From assembly GCF_006345805.1 (NCBI RefSeq), contig NW_021829357.1, positions 1-6,588 on the forward strand: 6,588 nucleotides of DNA. Direction: 5' to 3'. A program made the position numbers and the translations under genes. Positions 1 through 6,003 of this stretch are shown here, piece by piece. The notes beneath the pieces are model-generated. The model made no database searches. It was not told where the DNA came from and saw only the letters and a program-made list of their open reading frames with translations. Positions within the stretch are counted from its first letter, which is position 1. Each line of letters starts with the position of its first letter. The stretch is from Octopus sinensis. Its lineage: Eukaryota.

Positions 1-161
1 TGTATGAATGAAGAATTAACAAAATATATTCAGGTTTTGGCTGGAGACAATTCCAGTTATTAAATAAAACTAATTAGTTTGGTGTACTAATGGAAAAGTA
101 AGTAAATGTTCTCCATTATTAGCCTAGGTTGTTTTGGTGTAGATAGATGTTTGAGCCTCGT

Positions 162-409
162 GAAGGCACGTGGCCTAGTCGAGTTCGATTCCCAGGCCGG
201 GCGGCACGTTGTGCTCTTGAGCAAAAACGCTTCATTTCATGTTGTTCCAATACCCCCACATTTCGATCAGGGGGTGGGCGACAATATTGGCCTGCTCGCC
301 TAGCCAGAGGGGTGGTGTCATTCGAAAGACTAAAACGATGCAAAGCGCACTGTGACCAGCGATGTGTAACAACTTCTGAGACTTCTGGTTAGTCACGTGG
401 TAACGTGAT
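162..409 (+). mobile_element. tRNA-derived SINE copy with a deletion between its A and B boxes
   Basis: A-box-like TGGCCTAGT (171-179) directly abuts B-box-like GAGTTCGATTCCC (181-193). The following GATTCCCAGGCCGGG...TTGAGCAAAAACGCTT matches GATTCTCAGACCGAG...TTGAGCGAAAACACCT in the head of the minus-strand SINE at 5510-5847. The 3' end (~409) is placed from recollection of Octopus repeats. Confidence 0.7.
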
Positions 410-459
410 TTGAGCATCGGATATAAAGTGCATTGCAGTATCGGTTACGACACACTGCG

Positions 460-505
460 CCCAGAGTTCAAATCCTAATGTAACTAACTTTAGCTTTCAT
501 CCTTT
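460..505 (+). mobile_element. Possible degenerate SINE fragment (B box plus adjacent sequence)
   Basis: GAGTTCAAATCC (464-475) fits the B-box consensus and is followed by CTTTAGCTTTCATCCTTT, which resembles a recalled cephalopod SINE segment. Short and unverified. Confidence 0.3.
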
Positions 506-550
506 AGTATTTCATAAACAAAAATACCAAATATATATATATATACATTA

Positions 551-742
551 TTTTAATTGTTTCAATCATTTCAATGCGGCCGTGCTGGAGCGCCGCCTTA
601 AAGGGTTTTTAATCGAGAAAATTGACCCCAGGATTTAGTCTTGGTAAGCCTGGTACTTATTCTATCGGTCTGTTTTGCCGAAATGTTAAGTTACAGGAAC
701 GTAAACACACCAACGTCGGATGTCAAACGATGGTTGGAAAAC

Positions 743-747
<5 letters not shown>
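551..747 (-). mobile_element. 3' half of a CORE-like tRNA SINE, antisense; same family as 1752-2087 and 6168-6493
   Basis: Reverse-complement homology within the window: TTTCAATCATTTCAATGCGGCCGTGCTGGAG...GTAAGCCTGGTACTTATTCTATCGG...AAGTTAC aligns collinearly with the reverse complement of ~6310-6493. Confidence 0.85.
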
Positions 748-773
<26 letters not shown>

Positions 774-876
774 CCTACATCACACGTACACTCACAAACA
801 CATATATATAATAATATCAACAGCAATAGTAATAATAATGATTATTACGAAGTTGCTTAACATTACCTTTAATCTT

Positions 877-921
<45 letters not shown>

Positions 922-1030
922 TATATATATATAATATATATATATATATAATATATATATATAATATATATATATATATTATATATTATATATATATAAT
1001 TATACATATATATACACACAAACACACACT
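748..1030. repeat. Compound (AT)n/(AC)n microsatellite field with a short intervening non-periodic AT-rich segment
   Basis: (AT)n at ~748-772, imperfect (AT)n at ~878-1012, AC-rich tracts at ~775-800 and ~1012-1030. Confidence 0.95.
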
Positions 1031-1104
1031 TTTACATAGACCTACACATTTCAACTGCACCGATTAGTAACCGTTGCAATTGCAGCCCTCCTATAATATA
1101 CAAA

Positions 1105-1153
1105 GAGCTTCTTTCACTTTCCATCTACCAAATCCACTCTCAGTAAAAGACAC
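1105..1153 (-). mobile_element. Middle fragment of the same SINE family, antisense, internally deleted
   Basis: The reverse complement of 1105-1142 (TGAGAGTGGATTTGGTAGATGGAAAGTGAAAGAAGCTC) matches 1811-1846 (TGGGTGGATTTGTTAGACGGAAACTGAAAGAAGCCC). The reverse complement of 1143-1153 (GTGTCTTTTAC) matches 6251-6261 (GTGTCTTCTAC). Confidence 0.75.
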
Positions 1154-1158
1154 ATACA

Positions 1159-1200
1159 TGTGTGTGTGTGTGTGTGTATGTGTGTGTGTGTGTATGTGTG

Positions 1201-1262
<62 letters not shown>

Positions 1263-1285
1263 CGTGCGCGTGTTTGTGTGTGTGT
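1159..1285. repeat. (GT)n microsatellite with a GTGC/GCGC patch
   Basis: About 127 nt of almost continuous purine-pyrimidine alternation. Confidence 0.98.
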
Positions 1286-1450
1286 ATCATTGAAACCGAG
1301 GATGAGGGATCTTTGGTTAGAACGGTGTCACCTTTCACGTAGGTCAGTTTCATGAGGTTTCCTTAGTGAACCTCTCTCGTATCTAATCGTAACAGGAAAT
1401 ATAAATGTATTTAAAATAACAGAAGCATGACTTCCTCGGGAAAATATAAT

Positions 1451-1620
1451 ATAATTATGATAAAATTTATCATATATAATTATGATAAAATTTATCATAT
1501 ATAATTATGATAAAATTTATCATATATAATTATGATAGAATTTATCATATATAATTATGATAAAATTTATCATATATAATTATGATAAAATTTATCATAT
1601 ATAGTTATGATAAAATTTAT
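1451..1620. repeat. 25-bp AT-rich palindromic minisatellite, 6.8 copies (unit ATAATTATGATAAAATTTATCATAT)
   Basis: Units start at 1451, 1476, 1501, 1526, 1551, 1576 and 1601 (last partial). Only two substitutions (A>G at 1538 and 1604). Each unit contains TATGATAAA-A-TTTATCATA. Confidence 0.97.
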
Positions 1621-1695
1621 TACGTGAACGATGATATCATTATAAAATAAACGAAAGTGGGTGTAATAGCTTTGTGTGATTATGTCTAACAATTT

Positions 1696-1757
1696 CCTTT
1701 ATATCTTTATCTTTTTTTATCGTTTTCTTTTTTACTTGTTTCAGTCATTTGACTGCG
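1696..1757 (-). mobile_element. Antisense SINE 3' terminus with A-rich tail
   Basis: The reverse complement CGCAGTCAAATGACTGAAACAAG matches 6475-6493 (CGCAGTCGAATGACTGAAA, 18/19). It is preceded on the + strand by a T-rich tract, i.e. an A-rich tail on the - strand. Confidence 0.8.
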
Positions 1758-2087
1758 TGACATCTTGGGCAAGTCTCTTCTACTCTAGCCTCAGGCAGAC
1801 AAAGGTTTTGTGGGTGGATTTGTTAGACGGAAACTGAAAGAAGCCCTTCATATGTGCATGTGTGTACGTGGTGGGGTGCGTGTGTTTTTGTGTCTATGTT
1901 TGTTCCTGCTTGACAACCGGTGTTGGTGTGATTACGTCTGCGTAACACAGCAGTTCGGCAAAAGAAATCGATAGAATAATACCAGGCTGAAAAAAAAAGT
2001 ACTGATGTTGAATCATTCTACTAGAATTCTTCAAGGCGGTGCCCCAGCATGGTCGCAATCTAATGACGGAAACAAGAATAAAAGAAT
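1752..2087 (+). mobile_element. CORE-like tRNA SINE lacking its tRNA head, with an internal TG-rich microsatellite
   Basis: ACTGCGTGACATCTTGGGCAAGTCTCTTCTACT aligns with 6231-6263 (ACTGCGTGGCACTTAGGCAAGTGTCTTCTACT). Collinearity continues to CCAGCATGGTCGCAATCTAATGACGGAAACAAG at the 3' end. CTTGGGCAAGT resembles the CORE domain. Confidence 0.85.
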
Positions 2088-2309
2088 ACATACATAAATA
2101 TATATACATACATGCATACACATACGTGTGGTATGAGTACATGCATGCGTGTAAAGTGTGTATATATCGCTGAGCGTGTATATATCTGAGTTTGTGTGTT
2201 TATGTTGGTGTATAAGATTTAAGGTGAAAGATGATTCATATAATTAGGTGGGTACATAGACAAACTAAAAGATGAAGATATTCGTGCATATACACTCAAA
2301 CATATACCT

Positions 2310-2331
2310 GCACACACGCACGCACACACAC

Positions 2332-2362
<31 letters not shown>

Positions 2363-2370
2363 GAGAGAGA
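2310..2370. repeat. (AC)n(AG)n microsatellite
   Basis: Direct inspection. Confidence 0.95.
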
Positions 2371-2542
2371 AAACGAAGGCAGTCAGAACTTTGGATAATT
2401 CTTTATTGGTGCTTTCGTCTGTTTATCGAACTCGTCAACACAAAATCAAAATTAAAATGGTCATTTTGTCTTGACGAGTTCGATAAAAGAACGAAAGCGC
2501 TAATAAAGAATTATTCAAAATTCTGACTGCCTTCTTTTTCTC
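2367..2542. repeat. Long inverted repeat/hairpin: 80-nt arms (2367-2446 / 2463-2542) with a 16-nt loop
   Basis: Base-by-base pairing of position i with 4909-i gives 71 of 80 Watson-Crick pairs, with perfect runs such as TTTATCGAACTCGTCAA / TTGACGAGTTCGATAAA (17 bp) and GAAGGCAGTCAGAA / TTCTGACTGCCTTC (14 bp). Confidence 0.97.
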
Positions 2543-2574
2543 AATATACAAGATCTGTACATCACTTCAAACAC

Positions 2575-2632
2575 TTTATACACACACACACACACATGTA
2601 TATATGTATATATACACACACACATATATATA
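2575..2632. repeat. Compound (AC)n/(AT)n microsatellite
   Basis: Direct inspection. Confidence 0.9.
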
Positions 2633-2891
2633 CGGTCATACATGTGTGCTTGTGTCTGTGTCTTATCCGAGGGATGGAGTACATGAATTATGCGGCATGT
2701 ATCTCAGCTTCAGTATCTCCAGCGCTATATCCATCCCGAACCCTGTTCGTCATCATTTGTGATGTATTTTCTTTGGACCGATTTGAACCCTGTAATTGAG
2801 TAGTTATTTGTAACTTTAAAGTGCAAAGTTCAAACCGTCAATATGTCTTCCACAAAACAACTTGAAGCATCAGTACAAAACAATCACCTAA

Positions 2892-3203
2892 TCTTTCTTT
2901 CTCTTTCTCTTTCTTTCTTTCTCTGTCTCTCCTTCTCCTTCTCTCTCACTCTATCTCTCTTTCTCTCTATCTTACTCTCTTTCTTTCATTCTTTCTTTCT
3001 TTCTCGCTCGCTCTCCCTCTCTGTGTGTGTATCTTTCTCTTTCTCAATGTTTCACTTTTTACCTCTCAATCACTCTCTCTCTCTCTCTCTCTCTCTCTTG
3101 CTCCCTGTGTCTGTCTGTCTGTCTCTCTCTTTCTCTCTCACACACTTATACACACATACACACACTGTCTTTCTATCTTTCTCACTCCTTTTTTTCTCTT
3201 CCT
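2892..3203 (+). repeat. CT-rich polypyrimidine low-complexity tract including pure (CT)n at ~3073-3098
   Basis: About 310 nt, overwhelmingly C/T on the + strand, with short GT/AC interruptions. Confidence 0.95.
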
Positions 3204-3565
3204 GGAGAAATTCAGCTGATCTAATTTTCCCATCCTTTTAATGACATATATGATAGAGATTCTGTCACTTCTGTGCGTAATCTCGCATTCATCATATCAC
3301 TACAGAACATTTTAACTCCAGAACGTTCGTATAAGAGCTTAAAATTAAACGGGAAATATATATAATCTCTTAACAGCCGTCTGGAATTTTCATAGCACGT
3401 TATTAACAGATTAATCAATTTTTCACAAATCTAAGACATTAATGTAGCAAAATAAATAAAAACTTTCTTTGCAATATTTATAACATGTAAAATGAATCCG
3501 TTATTTTTATAACATGCTGTTGTTAAGGAGGAAAAAGAGCGAAAAGACTTCTTAAGGAATTGAAG

Positions 3566-3628
3566 TCAACCTCTGATCTAGCACAGCTATAATTAAAGAC
3601 GTTCCGGGAGTGACCATCCTGTGTTTTA
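3566..3628 (-). mobile_element. Degenerate retroelement 3'-end fragment, homologous to 5047-5108
   Basis: TCAAC(C)TCTGA...TG(A/T)CCAT..TGTGTTTTA is shared and collinear with 5047-5108. Orientation is inferred from the tail of the second copy. Confidence 0.45.
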
Positions 3629-3659
3629 TTCAAGCAGGGTAACCAAGGCCTTTATAGTA

Positions 3660-3689
3660 TTGGGTTGGCAACTAAGTTCCCGCCGTTTT
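3660..3689 (-). repeat. Mariner 3' terminal inverted repeat TTGGGTTGGCAACTAAGTTCCCGCCGTTTT
   Basis: Preceded by the TA target dinucleotide and located ~45 nt beyond the transposase stop. Same pattern as known mariner TIRs (e.g. Hsmar1 TTAGGTTGGTGCAAAAGTAATTGCGG, recalled). Confidence 0.85.
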
Positions 3690-3734
3690 TTTAATTTAAA
3701 TTTTTTAAAAGGCTTAATAAAAAATAACAACTAA

Positions 3735-4329
3735 TTAATCAATAATGTATTCAACCTTGTTGTTTACAACTTCTTCCTAACGTTCAACAAGATTTTCAAT
3801 ACCTCGTTGGTAGAAATCACCCGATTTCGACTCGAAAAATTGTTCCAACTAAGCTCTCAATTTTGCATTAGTACTGAACGAAGCTCCACGCATAGCATTT
3901 GAAAGAGATCGAAAGAGGTGGAAATCAGTTGGTGCCAAATCAGGAGAGTACGGCGAGTGTGGCAGCGATATAAGGGCGAGCGTTGTCGTGCTGCAGAAAA
4001 ACTCCATGCTGCCGATTAGGTCTTTTCTCTTGAATAGCCGTGTTGAGTCGTTCCATCTGTTGAACACCGAGTTCCGCGTTGACCCTTTGGTTCCGTTCAA
4101 CCAATTCGTAATGGATAATCCCTTCCCAGTCCCACCATACGTTCAACATCGTTTTACTCGGATGAAGATCTTGTTTCACGCTCGGTGTCGCTTGTTTACC
4201 GGCGCTAAGCCATTCCTTACGCTGCTTCATATTGATGTACAGGCACCATTTTTCGTCGCCAGTAACGATTCGGTTAAGAAATCGTTGCTTGTGTCCATGG
4301 GTTGAGCGGTGACGAGCAAGCAAACCAGC
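3735..4329 (-). pseudogene. Mariner transposase catalytic domain (D,D34D), inactivated
   Basis: Motifs TGDEKW, HDNARP, YSPDLAP-D and a C-terminal GIENLVER*EEVVNNKVEYIID* ending at TAA 3735-3737. The two listed ORFs (3940-4323 and 3849-4100) join by a frameshift at ~3966: 58 nt separate the 2nd and 3rd catalytic Asp codons instead of 102, implying a 44-nt deletion. In-frame TAG at 3849-3851 and 3777-3779 occupy conserved Trp positions. The N-terminal HTH domain is missing. Confidence 0.95.
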
Positions 4330-4399
4330 GTGGTGTTTAAAAAAGAGGAAGACAGTGATACTTTAATGTATTTAGTTATAATAAATTCGCTATTTTTCT

Positions 4400-4425
4400 C
4401 TTACATGTTTTTCTTTCTCTTGCAG
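4400..4425 (+). promoter_or_regulatory. 3' splice acceptor with branch point and polypyrimidine tract
   Basis: CTTAC (yUnAy, A at 4403), then GTTTTTCTTTCTCTTGCAG with AG at 4424-4425. Confidence 0.85.
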
Positions 4426-4471
4426 ACGCCTACTCTATACAGTGTGATATATTACTCCAGTGTGTACAAAG

Positions 4472-4896
4472 ATGGACGACTTAACGTGTTCAAATGAGAC
4501 CATGATGCCATTGAAAGCTTCAAGTAATTGTACCAATATGTCAGTCTGTGAGAAACAAGAGACTAACATTAACATGTATGTTCCAATGTCAATGATGGTA
4601 ACGGGAATGACAGGCAACTTGGCGGCCCTGCTAGTCCTTTACACACTGTCAAAGGACATCCAAAGGACGGTTTATTTCCCGCTTCTCTCTGGATTAGCTT
4701 GGGCTGATTTGATTGGTCAAGCTCTGACCAGTCCCATACCAATCCTTGTCTACTCCAAGAAAATCAAGTTGGGCGGTTATTTGTGTATGTTCAACGGGTT
4801 TGTTATGGTGTTTTTTGGTCTCCTGACACCACTCTTGGTCTGTGTCCTGTCTTTGGAACGAATGCTCTCTCTGAAGTTCACGTATTTCTATCACAG
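4472..4896 (+). CDS. PTGER4-like: First coding exon of a rhodopsin-family GPCR, prostaglandin E2 receptor EP4-like (N-terminus, TM1-TM3, start of ICL2; 141 codons + 2 nt)
   Basis: ATG in strong context (AAAGATGG) with an in-frame upstream TGA at 4445-4447. Three N-terminal N-glycosylation sequons (NET, NCT, NMS). TM1 P..M...G..GNL.A, TM2 GLAWADLIG...SP.....Y, TM3 LC...FF.L.....SLER, then YFY. These align with human EP4 as recalled (PAVMFIFGVVGNLVA / GLAVTDLLGTLLVSPVTIATY / LC..FFSL..MSVERYLAINHAYFY). The ORF track's GTG start at 4460 and TAA at 4898-4900 are probably not used. Confidence 0.9.
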
Positions 4897-4902
4897 GTAA
4901 GC
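4894..4902 (+). promoter_or_regulatory. 5' splice donor CAG|GTAAGC (intron starts 4897, phase 2)
   Basis: Near-consensus donor exactly where the 3-TM reading frame would otherwise stop. Confidence 0.88.
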
Positions 4903-4946
4903 AAATTTTATGAGATTCTAATGTGTACGTATTAGTTGTTATTTGG

Positions 4947-4977
4947 GTTGTTGTTGTTGTTGTCGTCGTCGTCGTCG

Positions 4978-5018
<41 letters not shown>
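4947..5018. repeat. Compound trinucleotide repeat (GTT)5(GTC)5(GTT)14
   Basis: Counted directly. Confidence 0.98.
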
Positions 5019-5108
5019 GATATTTGTGGTGTAGTCTAGCTCGCGATCAACTCTGACTGAACAGATCTGTGACGAACGGTATCTCAACTATGTCCATTTT
5101 GTGTTTTA
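4947..5108 (-). mobile_element. Probable LINE/SINE 3' end with a (CAA)n tail on the minus strand
   Basis: 5047-5108 is homologous to 3566-3628, and the nearby (GTT)n reads as a (CAA)n tail. Short-tandem-repeat tails are typical of RTE-type LINEs and their partner SINEs. Family assignment is unverified. Confidence 0.45.
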
Positions 5109-5409
5109 GTACAAGAACATAACTATATCCTTCCTCGTTCAAAGTAGTATAGTATGGTTTGAAAATTTGGCGGCTATTTCTTGCAAAACGAGCTACCAGA
5201 TAAAAGGTCTTCCAGTATGTGTGCGATTATGTGCTTATATGTATGTTTATATATATATATATGTGTGTGTGTGTACACATGAATATATGCATGTACGTAT
5301 TTCTATGTATATTTACATCTGCGCGCACGCGTGTGTAAATCCACATTGTAATTCTGATGGCGATGGTATTCGGCTTCCTCAAATTTGTTGGCCTTAGCCT
5401 ATATCAAAA

Positions 5410-5481
5410 CCTTAATTATTACTAATGCATGTATATACATGTGTGTATGCATGTATATGTATACATTCAAGAAAGAATTAA
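5410..5481 (+). repeat. Copy 1 of a duplicated module CCTTAAT..TAATGCAT-[TG/TA tract]-ATTCAAGAAAGAATTAA
   Basis: 17-bp exact match at 5465-5481 and 6106-6122, plus matching upstream blocks in the same order. Confidence 0.75.
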
Positions 5482-5509
5482 AATAATACATACATAGATA
5501 TATAATCTC

Positions 5510-5847
5510 GTGACACTCCGTCGGTTACAATGACGAGGGTTCCAGTTGATCCGATCAACGGAACAAACCTACTCGTGAAATTAACCCGTAAGTGGCTGAG
5601 CACTCCACTGACAGGTGTGCCCTTAACGTAGCTCTCGGGGAGATTCAGTATGACAAGGCTAGTCCTTTGAAATACTGGTGCAACAGAAACAGGAAGAAAG
5701 AGTGAGAGAAGGTTGTGGTGAAAGAGTACAGCAGGGCTGTAGGTGTTTTCGCTCAATAAATACTCACAACACTCGGTCTGAGAATCGAATCCGCGATCCC
5801 ACGACCGCGATTTCGCTGCCCTAACCATTGGGCCATTGCTGCCTCCA
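5510..5847 (-). mobile_element. Near full-length tRNA-derived SINE, antisense
   Basis: Minus-strand A box TGGCCCAATGG (5825-5835) and B box GGATTCGATTCTC (5780-5792) at tRNA-like spacing. GC-richer than its flanks, and its head is related to 162-220. Confidence 0.85.
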
Positions 5848-6003
5848 CTATATATCAATTAAATATAATGATAAAATCTATATGATTTTATCAAGTTGCC
5901 AGCGTGTAAAACCAATAATGGTAAAAAATTAATACTAAGTATATAATTTTTTATAATTTTTTAGCGTCCCTTTCCAGCGTGTGACTTTACTTATAGTAAC
6001 AGC

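Larger units (their letters stand above)
3660..4330 (-). mobile_element. Mariner (Tc1/mariner superfamily) DNA transposon, 5'-truncated relic
   Basis: TA at 3658-3659 is followed by a mariner-type TIR, then an AT-rich 3' region and the transposase remnant. Transposase-like sequence appears to end at ~4330 and no second TIR is seen. Confidence 0.93.

Noticed and set aside
98-103. AAA|GTAAGT as the donor of the upstream 5'-UTR exon (would give a 4.3-kb intron)
   Set aside because: A consensus hexamer is expected by chance about once per few kb, and there is no promoter or transcript evidence. Unresolved without RNA-seq.
106-417. Four overlapping short ORFs (106-303, 119-343, 147-392, 232-417)
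   Set aside because: They overlie a SINE and show no recognisable protein motifs.
622-1355. ORFs with YIYI, CVCV and HTHT runs (622-951, 1074-1355, 1114-1353)
   Set aside because: Translations of stop-free dinucleotide repeats.
1451-1620. CRISPR array
   Set aside because: Units are contiguous with no unique spacers, no cas genes are present, and the context is eukaryotic.
2665-2740. 8-bp inverted repeat GGGATGGA/TCCATCCC about 50 nt apart
   Set aside because: Too short, with poor internal pairing, to distinguish from chance.
1894-3418. Short ORFs at 1894-2142, 2272-2526, 2596-2799, 2843-3241, 3025-3219, 3027-3224 and 3221-3418
   Set aside because: Derived from SINE, microsatellite or CT-tract sequence. 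The hydrophobic LSLS/FLSF stretches are compositional artefacts.
3988-4305. 105-aa + strand ORF
   Set aside because: Antisense shadow of the transposase frame.
3735-4329. Domesticated SETMAR-like gene or active transposase
   Set aside because: No SET domain or HTH, a frameshifting deletion, two nonsense codons and a retained TIR indicate a dead transposon copy.
5342-5425. Hydrophobic frame HIVILMAMVFGFLKFVGLSLYQ as the receptor's TM4 exon
   Set aside because: In-frame TAA at 5336-5338 with no AG acceptor in between, no good donor, no LP/WCF motifs, and the frame ends at a stop. The next coding exon appears to lie outside the window.
5780-5847. Functional tRNA gene (also 162-200 and 6168-6235)
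   Set aside because: A/B boxes run into SINE bodies and no complete cloverleaf or acceptor stem could be built.
5478-5858. 126-aa minus-strand ORF
   Set aside because: Coincides with the tRNA-derived SINE and has no protein-family motifs.
5497-5860. Target-site duplication TATATA(A)TC around the SINE
   Set aside because: Imperfect, low-complexity AT match that cannot be distinguished from background.
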